Shown here piece after piece: positions 26,452 to 35,382 of a stretch of DNA of 64,000 nt (position 1 is its first letter; each line of letters begins with the position of its first letter). The stretch spans positions 3,366 through 67,365 of the forward strand of contig SHVZ01000002.1 of the NCBI GenBank assembly GCA_009694025.1. Reading direction: 5' to 3'. The stretch is from Alphaproteobacteria bacterium. GTDB taxonomy: Bacteria > Pseudomonadota > Alphaproteobacteria > SHVZ01. A model generated the notes under the pieces. It made no database searches, was not told the DNA's origin, and saw only the letters and a list, made by a program, of their open reading frames with translations. Position numbers and translations under genes: made by a program.

Positions 26452-28158
26452 TCACGGAAGCTCGGCCAGACGCGGGACGATGCGGACCGGCAATGTCCCG
26501 GTGCGGCCGCGGACCTCGATCTCGTGGCGGACGAAGCGGGTGAGGTCGACGCCGGCCGCCCGCTCGACCGCCTCTGAGACGACCAGTTCGGCCTGGAACT
26601 CCTTGGTCAGGGTCTCGAGGCGGCTCGCGGTGTTGACCGCGTCGCCGATGGCGGTGACCGTGACCGCCTTCGCATAGCCCATCTCGCCGACGATGGCCGG
26701 GCCGAGATGGATGCCGAGGCCGATGCGGAGCGGCTCGCCGAGATCGGCGGAGAGGGCGCGGTTGAGCGCCGCCAGGCTCTCGCCCATGCGCTTTGCCGCG
26801 GCAAGCGCGGTGCGGGCCCCGGCCTCGGGCGAGGAGTCGATGCCGAACAGCGCCATGATCCCGTCGCCGATGAACTTGTCGACCCGGCCGCCGGCCTCCT
26901 CGATCGCGCGCCCCATCTCGGCGAAGTAGCGGTTGAGGAGGAAGACCACGTCGAAGGGCAGCTTGTGCTCGGAAAGCTGGGTGAAGCCGCGGAGATCGGC
27001 GAACATGATGGCGATCTCCTTCTCCGCGCCGGCGACATAGTTGGGTCGGCGCAAGGCCTCCTTGGGCGAGGCGCTCGGCGGCAGCAGCGGCGCCACTTCG
27101 AGATCCTTGATCGGTCGGATCTGGCAGGCGAGGCGCACCTTGGGCGGGGCGCCGACCCGGTCGAGCACCTTCTGCTCCTCCTCCGTCGGCGGCGCCAGCG
27201 CCTCGGCGCCGCGGCCGAGCCGGACCCGGCAGGTCGAGCAGCGGCCGCGGCCGCCGCAGACCGAGGCGTGGGGGATCCCCGCCGACCGGCTCGCCTCCAG
27301 CGCGGTCATGCCCGGCTGCAGGCTTACCGTCCGTCCGTCCGGGTAGGTGAGGGTGGCGCCCTTGCCGCGCCCGAGCCAGTCGCGGACCACCCTCGCCGCC
27401 AGGGTCCCACCGAGGAGGCCGAAGAAGACGACCTTGAGCGCGGTGTCGATCCGCTCGATCTGCTCGGCGGCTGAGGCAGGGGGAAACCGGATCGCCTGCG
27501 CGACGCGGCGCATCCAGGCCGGGTCGGATGACATGATCAGCACCGTCCGCCCGGCGACGCCGAAGCCGACCAAGGCCAGGACCGGGACCAGCAGCGCGGC
27601 GCCGTAGAGGTAGGGGAGGGTCCGCGGGTACCAGGGCCGGAGCCGGAGCCAGAAATGGAGCCCGATGCAGGCGTGGAGCCAGGCGATCAGGAGGACCGCC
27701 ACCTGCTGCAGCGCGTAGGCGGGCGAGAACACCCACTGGACGAGCAGGACGTAGGTGTAGAGGTCTTCCAGCCCGTAGAACGCATATGCAACACGGGTTC
27801 CCAGAACGTGGATGAAGAGGAGAGGCGGGATCGACAGGCCGAGCAGGAGCTGGGCGGCCTCCCAGGGCGGCATCCTCAGGCTTCGGCGCCGGTAAAGCGC
27901 GACGAAAGCGAGCCCGACATGGATCCAGAGCGCGCCGTAAAGGGCGAGGGTCAAGGGCGGCAGGCGCCAGACCCAGACGAACACCCTCCGGACCGCCTCC
28001 AGGGCCTCGAGCGAGATCAGGCCGACCGCGTGGTTGAGCAGATGGGTGGCCACGTAGGCGAAGAGAACCAGCCCGGTGGCGAGACGGACGCGGCGGATCA
28101 GACCGGACCAATCGACGCCCGATCCCGTCGCACCCATTCCCAAGCCGGTGCCTGTCAT
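26452..28158 (-). CDS. membrane-anchored class III nucleotide cyclase with an internal 2Fe-2S ferredoxin domain
   Basis: The start is at MTGTGLG (ATG 28158). There are about 6 hydrophobic segments, several carrying His (ATHLLNHAVG, WIHVGL, FIHVLG, WLHACIGLHFW). The ferredoxin motif is CGGRGRCSTCRV...LACQ. The CHD motifs are MFADLRGFTQLSE, KFIGDGIMALFG and TAIGDAVNTASRLE. Confidence 0.85.
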   Translation of the reverse strand: MTGTGLGMGATGSGVDWSGLIRRVRLATGLVLFAYVATHLLNHAVGLISLEALEAVRRVFVWVWRLPPLTLALYGALWIHVGLAFVALYRRRSLRMPPWEAAQLLLGLSIPPLLFIHVLGTRVAYAFYGLEDLYTYVLLVQWVFSPAYALQQVAVLLIAWLHACIGLHFWLRLRPWYPRTLPYLYGAALLVPVLALVGFGVAGRTVLIMSSDPAWMRRVAQAIRFPPASAAEQIERIDTALKVVFFGLLGGTLAARVVRDWLGRGKGATLTYPDGRTVSLQPGMTALEASRSAGIPHASVCGGRGRCSTCRVRLGRGAEALAPPTEEEQKVLDRVGAPPKVRLACQIRPIKDLEVAPLLPPSASPKEALRRPNYVAGAEKEIAIMFADLRGFTQLSEHKLPFDVVFLLNRYFAEMGRAIEEAGGRVDKFIGDGIMALFGIDSSPEAGARTALAAAKRMGESLAALNRALSADLGEPLRIGLGIHLGPAIVGEMGYAKAVTVTAIGDAVNTASRLETLTKEFQAELVVSEAVERAAGVDLTRFVRHEIEVRGRTGTLPVRIVPRLAELP

Positions 28159-28297
28159 GCTATCCCCCGCCGTCCACCGGCTGCCCCCTGAGGCTAACAT
28201 ACGAACGGGGAGCCGGATCGGACCCCCCCTTGCAGTCACCAAAGGGCTGCCTAAGTGGCGCCAAAACGGGGTGGCAGGGGGAGTCAGAGTGGGGGCG

Positions 28298-29248
28298 ATG
28301 CAAGAGGACGAAATGGCCGAAATGATCGCGATCGAAGGCCTGACCAAGCGTTTCGGCACGATCACGGCCGTCGACGACATATCGTTCACGGTCAAGCGGG
28401 GCGAGGTGCTGGGCTTCCTCGGGCCGAACGGGGCCGGCAAGTCCACCACCATGAAGATGATCACCGGCTTCCTGGCGCCGACCGCGGGAACCGCCAGGGT
28501 CTGCGGCTTCGACGTCCAGGACCGCCCGATCGACGCCAAGAAGAAGATCGGCTATCTGCCGGAGGGCGCGCCGGCCTACCCCGACATGACCCCCGCGGCT
28601 TTCCTCGACTTCATCGCCCGCGTGCGCCGCCTCGACGGCGCCGCCCGCAAGCGCCGCATCGCCGATGCGATCGAGAAGACCCAGCTCGCCGATGTCCTCT
28701 ATCAGTCGATCGACACGCTTTCCAAGGGCTTCAAGCGCCGCGTCGGGCTGGCCCAGGCGCTGCTCCACGATCCCGAGGTGCTGGTGCTGGACGAGCCGAC
28801 GGACGGCCTCGATCCCAACCAGAAGCATGAAGTCCGCAGCCTGATCAAGGCGATGTCCTACGACAAGGCGATCGTCATCTCGACTCATATCCTGGAAGAG
28901 GTCGATGCGATCTGCACCCGGGCGCTCATCATTTCCGGCGGCCGCGTCGTCGCCGACGGAACGCCGCTCGACCTCGAGCAGCTTTCGCGCCACTACAACG
29001 CCGTCGCCGTCCGTCTCGAGAGCGAAGGCGACACCGACGCGGTGAAAGCGGCGCTCGAGCGCATCGACGGCGTGGCTTCGGTCGAAGCCAACAAGTATGC
29101 CGGACTCCTCACCGTCTATCCGACGGACGCCCGCTCGCTGATCGCCGAGGTCGGCCAGGCGATGCGCGCCGGTCGCTGGCGGGTGACCGAGATCCGTGTC
29201 GAACGTGGACACCTCGACGAGGTCTTCCGTCGCATGACGCAGGCTTGA
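28298..29248 (+). CDS. ABC transporter ATP-binding protein (ABC-2 / GldA-like)
   Basis: Walker A is GPNGAGKSTTM, the signature is LSKGFKRRVGLA, and Walker B is VLVLDEPTDGLD. The start is either ATG 28298 or ATG 28313. Confidence 0.9.
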   Translation: MQEDEMAEMIAIEGLTKRFGTITAVDDISFTVKRGEVLGFLGPNGAGKSTTMKMITGFLAPTAGTARVCGFDVQDRPIDAKKKIGYLPEGAPAYPDMTPAAFLDFIARVRRLDGAARKRRIADAIEKTQLADVLYQSIDTLSKGFKRRVGLAQALLHDPEVLVLDEPTDGLDPNQKHEVRSLIKAMSYDKAIVISTHILEEVDAICTRALIISGGRVVADGTPLDLEQLSRHYNAVAVRLESEGDTDAVKAALERIDGVASVEANKYAGLLTVYPTDARSLIAEVGQAMRAGRWRVTEIRVERGHLDEVFRRMTQA

Positions 29249-29261
29249 GAGGCTCAGCCAC

Positions 29262-29993
29262 ATGGGTATCTACACGATCTTCCGGCGCGAGCTGACCAGC
29301 TACTTCCTGACGCCGCTCGCCTACGTCTTCATCGTCATCTTCCTGGCGATGGCCGGCACCTTCACCTACTTCGTCGGCAACTTCTTCGGCCGCGGCCAGG
29401 CCGACCTGCAGCCGTTCTTCCAGTTCCACCCGTGGCTCTATCTGTTCCTGATCCCGGCCATCACCATGCGGCTGTGGGCGGAGGAGCGGAAGACCGGCTC
29501 GATCGAGCTGCTGCTGACGCTGCCGATCTCGATGACCGACGCCGTGCTCGGCAAGTTCCTGGCCGCCTGGTGCTTCACCGGCATCGCGCTCGTCCTGACC
29601 TTTCCGATGTGGATCACCGTCAACGTGCTGGGCTATCCGGACAACGGCGCGATCCTCGCCGGATACGCCGGCAGCTTCCTGATGGCCGGCAGCTTCCTCG
29701 CGGTCGGCGCGGCGATCTCGCCCTTGACCAAGAACCAGGTGATCGCCTTCGTCATCACCTCGGTCGTCTGCTTCGTCTTCACCGTCGGCGGCACCGGTGT
29801 CGTGCTCAACTTCTTCTCGGGCTGGGCCCCGACGCTGCTGGTCGACACGGTGGCGCAGATGAGCTTCATGACCCATTTCAACGCCATCTCGCGCGGCGTC
29901 ATCGATGCCCGCGACATGGTCTACTTCGCCTCGGTGATCGGCTTCTTCCTGTTCGCCAACGTGATCCTCGTCGACCTCAAGAAGGCTGGCTGA
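29262..29993 (+). CDS. ABC-2 family permease (GldF-like)
   Basis: 243 aa, 6 hydrophobic segments, 13 bp after the ATPase gene. Confidence 0.85.
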   Translation: MGIYTIFRRELTSYFLTPLAYVFIVIFLAMAGTFTYFVGNFFGRGQADLQPFFQFHPWLYLFLIPAITMRLWAEERKTGSIELLLTLPISMTDAVLGKFLAAWCFTGIALVLTFPMWITVNVLGYPDNGAILAGYAGSFLMAGSFLAVGAAISPLTKNQVIAFVITSVVCFVFTVGGTGVVLNFFSGWAPTLLVDTVAQMSFMTHFNAISRGVIDARDMVYFASVIGFFLFANVILVDLKKAG

Positions 29994-29996
29994 ACC

Positions 29997-31967
29997 ATGC
30001 CGAACGACACTCCGCGTTCGAGCGGTGGCGCCGCTTCCGGCGTCCGCCCCAAGGGCCTGAGCGCGCGGGCGCGCCGCTCCTACTCCTGGGCGGCGCTCGC
30101 TGCCGCGGTCGTCCTCTTCCTCGCCGTCAACGTGCTCTCCAACGCCTGGCTGAGGACCGGCCGCGCCGACCTGACCCAGGGCAAGCTCTACACGTTGTCG
30201 GAAGGCACCAAGGAGATCCTCGGCAGGATCGAGGAGCCGATCACGCTCCGGCTCTACTTCTCCCCGCGCCTCGGACGCGAGATCCCGCTCTACGCCAACT
30301 ATCACCAGCGCGTGCGCGACCTGCTCGACGAGTACGCCAGCCGCGCCGGCGGCAAGATCAACCTCGAATTCTACGATCCCGCGCCCTATTCCGACGTCGA
30401 GGACCGTGCCGTCGCCTATCGCCTCCAGGGCGTGCCGCTGGAGGCGGGGGGCGAGCAGGTGTTCTTCGGCATGGCCGGCACCAACTCGACCGACGACGAG
30501 GAGATCCTTCCGTTCTTCCAGCCGGAGCGCGAGCGCTTCCTCGAATACGACCTGAGCAAGGTCGTCTTCAATCTCGCCAATCCGAAGCGCCGCGAGGTCG
30601 GGCTCATCTCCCAGCTTCCGATCACCGGCGACGTCATGCCCATGCAGGGCATGCGCATGCCGCAGCCCTGGGTGGTCATGGACCAGATGCGCCAGATCTT
30701 CCAGGTGCGCCAGTTCGGCGGCGACACCGGATCGCTGCCCAAGGACCTGCAGATCCTGATGCTGGTGCATCCGAAGGAGCTGTCGGAGGAGGGGCAGTAC
30801 GCCATCGACCAGTTCGTGCTCCGCGGCGGCAAGCTTCTGGTGTTCGTCGACCCTAATTCCGAGGCCGACGCCTCGCGGCCGAGCCGCGATCCGAACGCCA
30901 TGCCCGGCCCGACCAGCTCCAACCCGCAGAAGCTGTTCGACGCCTGGGGCGTCGAGCTGGTGAAGGACCGGGTGATCGGCGACCGCCTGACCGCGACCAG
31001 GGTCAACGCCGGCACCGCCCAGCGACCGCGCGTCACCGACTACATCGTCTGGAACGGATTCAAGGCCGGGAACCTGAACCGCCAGGATGCCGTGACCGGC
31101 GAGCTCCAACTGGTCAACGTCGCCTCCGCCGGCATCCTGAAGCCGATACCGGGCGCCGCCACGGCCTTCGTGCCGCTGGTCACGGCGAGCCCGGGCGCGA
31201 TGATGGTCGAGACCGACAAGATCAAGTTCGCCCCCGACCCGACCCAGCTCCTCAAGGACTACAAGGCCGAGAGCGAGATCCTCACCATGGTGGCCCGCAT
31301 CACCGGGCCGGCCAAGACCGCCTTCCCCGACGGCCCGCCCAAGGTCGAGGGACGTCCCCAGCAGCCGGACCTGCAGCCGCACGTCGCCGAGAGCCAGGGA
31401 CCGATCAGCGTCATCATCGTCGCCGACACCGACATGCTCGAGGACCGGTTCTGGGTCTCCGCCCAGGAGTTCTTCGGCCAGCGCGTGGTCCAGCCCTCGG
31501 CCAACAACGGCGACTTCGTCGTCAACGCGCTCGAGAACCTGGCCGGCGGCGGCGACCTGATGAGCCTCCGGAGCCGCGGCATCTCCTCCCGGCCCTTCGA
31601 GCTGGTCCAGGACATCCAGCGCGACGCCGAGCGCCGGTTCCGCTCGAAGGAGCGCGAGCTGCAGGACAAGCTCAAGGAGACCGAGAAGAAGCTCTCCGAT
31701 CTGCAGACCAAGGAGCAGTCGACCGGGGCGACCATCCTCTCGGCCGACCAGCAGAAGGCGATCGAGGACGCACGGAAGGAGATCCTGACGCTCCGGCGCG
31801 AGCTGCGCCTGGTGCAGAACGACCTCCGCAAGGACATCGACCGGCTGGAGGCGATGCTCCGGGTGGTGAACATCGGGCTGATCCCGATCCTGGTGGCGCT
31901 GGTGGCGGTCGGGCTCGGCATCTTCCGCATCGCCCGGCGCCGCCAGCGCGCGACGGCCTTGAGCTGA
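29997..31967 (+). CDS. GldG-family ABC-transporter auxiliary protein
   Basis: 656 aa with N- and C-terminal TM anchors and a large extracytoplasmic region. Its position directly after the ABC-2 permease matches the gldA-F-G arrangement. Confidence 0.8.
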   Translation: MPNDTPRSSGGAASGVRPKGLSARARRSYSWAALAAAVVLFLAVNVLSNAWLRTGRADLTQGKLYTLSEGTKEILGRIEEPITLRLYFSPRLGREIPLYANYHQRVRDLLDEYASRAGGKINLEFYDPAPYSDVEDRAVAYRLQGVPLEAGGEQVFFGMAGTNSTDDEEILPFFQPERERFLEYDLSKVVFNLANPKRREVGLISQLPITGDVMPMQGMRMPQPWVVMDQMRQIFQVRQFGGDTGSLPKDLQILMLVHPKELSEEGQYAIDQFVLRGGKLLVFVDPNSEADASRPSRDPNAMPGPTSSNPQKLFDAWGVELVKDRVIGDRLTATRVNAGTAQRPRVTDYIVWNGFKAGNLNRQDAVTGELQLVNVASAGILKPIPGAATAFVPLVTASPGAMMVETDKIKFAPDPTQLLKDYKAESEILTMVARITGPAKTAFPDGPPKVEGRPQQPDLQPHVAESQGPISVIIVADTDMLEDRFWVSAQEFFGQRVVQPSANNGDFVVNALENLAGGGDLMSLRSRGISSRPFELVQDIQRDAERRFRSKERELQDKLKETEKKLSDLQTKEQSTGATILSADQQKAIEDARKEILTLRRELRLVQNDLRKDIDRLEAMLRVVNIGLIPILVALVAVGLGIFRIARRRQRATALS

Positions 31968-31977
31968 GGAGAGGACG

Positions 31978-33069
31978 ATGAAGCCCAGTGCGTTCTACAT
32001 GCTGCTCGGCGCGACGGTGATCGTCACCGCCGGCGCCACGGTCACCGCCTGGCAGCGGGCCGTCGCCACGCTCGGCTCGGTCGCCAGCGAGACGGTGGTT
32101 CCCGGACTGATCAACCGCGTCAACGACGTGGCTTCGATCGAGGTCGTCAAGGGCAAGGACCAGGTCAAGATCCAGCGGACGGCCGACGGCTGGGTCATGC
32201 CCGACCGCGGCGGCTATCCGGTCAAGTTCGAGGTGGTGAAGCAGAACATCGTCACCATGGCCGAGCTGAAGACGGTCGAGCCGAAGACGGCGAAGGCCGA
32301 TCTCTACAGCCGCATCGAGGTTGAGGACCCGGCCGGCCCCGACACCAAGTCGGGCCAGATGACGTTCAAGGACCAGGACGGCAAGACCATCGCCTCGATG
32401 GTGATCGGCCGCAAGCGCTACGCCCCGATCGGCGGCAAGGACATGGTCTATGTGCGCAAGCCGGGCGAGAGCCGGGCCTGGCTCGCCGAGGGCGTCTTCG
32501 AGCTCAGGACGCCGGCGCCGGAATGGCTGGTGAAGGAGATCTCCGGCATCAAGGACGACCGCTGGAAGACCCTGACCTTCACCCAGCCCGACGGCGCCAA
32601 GGCGGTGATGGTGCGCAAGGAAAACCCGGTCGAGAGCAAGGACGGCCCACCGGACCTCTGGGACGTCGAGGGCCGGCCGGCCGACCGCAATCTCAAGCCG
32701 CCGGCGACGGTCGGCTCCACCGCGTCGGCCTACAGCTTCCTCAATCTCGACGATGTCAGCCCGGCCAAGGAGGTCGAGGACGGCACGGCAAAGGCTTCCT
32801 CGGAGTTTCTCGCCCTCGACGGGCTGATCTTGCGCTCGCGCATGGTCGAGAAGGGCGATGCCGTCTGGACGATCTTCGAGGCGGCGACCACGGCCGAGGC
32901 GACCCAGCCGGTCAAGGACGAGGCCGCCGAGCTCAACAAGAAGCTTTCCGGCTGGGCCTACAAGCTGCCGGAGTACAAGCAGAACTTCCTGTCGCGCAAG
33001 TTCGACGACCTAGTCGAGGCGCCGAGGAAGGAAGAGGCGCCGAAGACCGAGGGCAAGAGCGGCGGCTGA
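31978..33069 (+). CDS. DUF4340-like protein (N-terminal anchor), last gene of the gldAFG-like operon
   Basis: 363 aa with a single N-terminal hydrophobic segment. It sits 10 bp after the gldG-like gene. The family call rests on context and general resemblance only. Confidence 0.65.
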   Translation: MKPSAFYMLLGATVIVTAGATVTAWQRAVATLGSVASETVVPGLINRVNDVASIEVVKGKDQVKIQRTADGWVMPDRGGYPVKFEVVKQNIVTMAELKTVEPKTAKADLYSRIEVEDPAGPDTKSGQMTFKDQDGKTIASMVIGRKRYAPIGGKDMVYVRKPGESRAWLAEGVFELRTPAPEWLVKEISGIKDDRWKTLTFTQPDGAKAVMVRKENPVESKDGPPDLWDVEGRPADRNLKPPATVGSTASAYSFLNLDDVSPAKEVEDGTAKASSEFLALDGLILRSRMVEKGDAVWTIFEAATTAEATQPVKDEAAELNKKLSGWAYKLPEYKQNFLSRKFDDLVEAPRKEEAPKTEGKSGG

Positions 33070-33096
33070 TTTCGGGGGTCTGGGAGACGAAGCAAC

Positions 33097-33129
33097 GGGC
33101 GCGCCTAAAAGCCGCGCCTGCTTTGTTTT
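33097..33129 (+). terminator. candidate Rho-independent terminator after the gldAFG-like operon
   Basis: A GGCGCG / CGCGCC stem (6-7 bp) has a 9-nt loop and is followed by TGCTTTGTTTTC. Confidence 0.4.
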
Positions 33130-33258
33130 CAAGGGGTTCGCATTTTGCGGAATCTTGTCCTTGACAGAATCCGCAGTTTTTGACAGGTTTCGCCTCAGAC
33201 TTGGGTGAACTGCCTGACGCGGGCGCCCGGCCCCCTCTCCAGCGACTAAGAGCCTGCC

Positions 33259-34460
33259 ATGATCGGTCTCCCTCAACCGGGCGTCCGCGCGCGCCCGGAT
33301 TGGTCCTTCGTCGTCTTGGACGGCCCCACCTGCCGCTGGCAGGACGACGAGCTGACCTTCCTCGGCTTCGCTTTGGGCGGTTCCGTCGGCCGGGCGCGCA
33401 TCCCTGGCTGATCGACCTGAAGGGATTCGCCGGGGCGCTCGAGGAGATCTACGGCCCGCGCTTCGCCCTTGGCGACCGCGACCTTCTGCTCCAGCTCGCC
33501 GTCGATGCCCGCGCCGAGGGGAAGCGCCATCTGGCCGACGTCCTGGCGGAATGCATCTGCTTCCCGTCCCTCGGCTATGCCCAGCGCGTGTCCGCCATCG
33601 GCACGCTCTCGCGCGACCTCGGGCACGGCCGCAAGAGCGGCGTCAATCCCCGCATCTCGTACGAGGTCGCGCTGCCGCCCCGATTGTCGCTCGCCTATAA
33701 CCCCTATCACCTGCCGGCGGGGTCGCCGAACAGTACTGGCGGCCGGTTCACCAACCGCGAGGGCGCCATTACCGCCGTCGCCGATCGTTCTGGGGAAGAT
33801 CGTCTCCGGCGCATGAAGGAGGCGCTCGACCGCCGGCCCGACCTGCCGGCGGCCGTGCGCGAGGCGTCGATCGAGATCTTCGATGCCGAAGGCCGCGGCG
33901 CGATCGACCCGCACAGCGGAGCGGCCGGCGGGATCAGGGGAATTGCAATAGCGCAGGCGAGGATCAAGAAGACGCCCGGACTGGAAGGCGTAAAGCGGCC
34001 CGCGGACCTGAGCTACGACCAGATGGTGTCGGTCTACAACGTGTCGATCGACTTTGCGATGGAAGGCGCGGGCGGATCCCGGCGCCTGGACAATTTCACC
34101 GATCGGCGGACCGCCATCGCCGTAGCGGACACTGTCTTCGCACACGGCCGACGCGACAGCGGCAAGATGCTGGTTCAGGCTGCAACGCACCTCCTTGAGA
34201 GCATCTCTTCCTGGGAACGGGACCGGCTCGGCCTTCCCAAGACCGCGACCGATCGCAGCGTTGCGCTCGATGTCCTCGAAGTCCTGTCGAACTACGGCTA
34301 CGCCCAGCAGGTACGTACCGCCATCGCGGATCAGCGCAGGAATTGGGTCCAAGAACAGGAAAATGAGATCCGCAATAACGCGAAGCTGTCCGATACCGAG
34401 AAGCGGAAGAGGCTACGGCGCCACACCGGGTGGCGGCCGAGGATCGCACGGTTCGAGTGA
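33259..34460 (+). pseudogene. frameshifted hypothetical protein with a GH108-like (lysozyme-like) region
   Basis: The ATG at 33259 opens a 50-codon frame with very high GC3 that stops at 33409..33411. High-GC3 coding continues in the frame of track ORF 33180..34460 from about 33400, and that frame has no start codon nearby. The later region FDAEGRGAIDPHSGAAGGIRGIAI .. SVYNVS .. AVADTVFAHGRRDSGKMLVQA resembles the EGG..DP..GG..GI / ..FD..VN.G...A...LQ pattern of GH108 muramidases. Confidence 0.5.
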
Positions 34461-34487
34461 GGTCACGGATCGATCGGTTCAAGACGC

Positions 34488-35210
34488 CTATGGCCGCGTC
34501 GTGACGGGGTCGTAGCGGAGCCACCATTTGTCGACCGGATCGGGGCGCTCATCCGGCCACCAGACCAGCCGCCATCGCGTGCCCTCCTGGCGCAGGCAAA
34601 ATGTTGAGCGCGTCTCATCGGGCCGATCTTTCGCCATGATTGGGTTATGTTCGGTGATCTCGTCGTAGTGGTCTGGATCGGGACAGGGCGGTCCCAGCGG
34701 GCATGTGCGACGTCGTACCGTCACCAGGATGTCCCCGACTCTTGGTTCGGTGTCCGGCGTCAGAGCCGACCAGTCCCTTGTCCGGCTGGCGGCGTCGATG
34801 TCCGCGGGCGTTGCGACCCTCACCCTCTCGATGCGGTAATTCAAGCCGTCGTGCCACACTTTCACGTGCTTCCAGTCGACATGGGCGGGCGAGTGGACAT
34901 AGGCATTTCGACAGAGCTGCAAGCCGTCCCTTTTTCCGTCGGCGTCCCAATACGTCTCGCATGACATTCTGTTGGCGATCGCACAAAGCGGGGTCGACGC
35001 GGGACCCCGCAGGCACCGATAGTTGCTCGCATCGTCGTTGTAGATAGCCTCGCGCCACCGGCCGGGCCGATCGGGCGCAATGGGTAGCTGCGCCGAGGCG
35101 GTTTTCGTCGCCGAGGCTTTCCCTGTCTGCCCACGGGCAGGCTGGTCGGCCGCCAAAGCGGAGACGGCGACCAGGACGGTCAGGACTACAGCGGCGGATC
35201 GGAAGGGCAT
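34488..35210 (-). CDS. secreted Cys/Trp-rich hypothetical protein
   Basis: The start is at MPFRSAAVVLTVLVAVSALAADQ (ATG 35210, signal peptide). It has seven Cys and a Trp-rich C-terminus (WRLVWWPDERPDPVDKWWLRY). It is convergent with the previous gene. I recognise no family. Confidence 0.55.
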   Translation of the reverse strand: MPFRSAAVVLTVLVAVSALAADQPARGQTGKASATKTASAQLPIAPDRPGRWREAIYNDDASNYRCLRGPASTPLCAIANRMSCETYWDADGKRDGLQLCRNAYVHSPAHVDWKHVKVWHDGLNYRIERVRVATPADIDAASRTRDWSALTPDTEPRVGDILVTVRRRTCPLGPPCPDPDHYDEITEHNPIMAKDRPDETRSTFCLRQEGTRWRLVWWPDERPDPVDKWWLRYDPVTTRP

Positions 35211-35382
35211 GGAAGCGGCTCCCGAGGGGGTATGTCGCGTCCAATAGCAGAGCTTTTGGGTATTTCTATGGCCGGTCTCCAGGGCGGCGCCGAATGCGAA
35301 GCCGGCGGCAATTGAAATCGGCGCCACCCGGAGCCTAATCTCCGGTAAGGGCCGCCTCGGCCCCAAGCCTCGGAGGAGCCTC

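Noticed and set aside
29109-31382. 757-aa minus-strand ORF antisense to the gldF/gldG-like genes. Similar antisense or out-of-frame giants occur at 10535..11611, 12304..14016, 14143..15378, 49315..51120, 54715..56031 and 59881..61371.
   Set aside because: All lie opposite or out of frame to genes with clear family motifs, and all have Arg/Gly/Asp/Pro-dominated composition. They are open only because stop codons are rare at this GC content.
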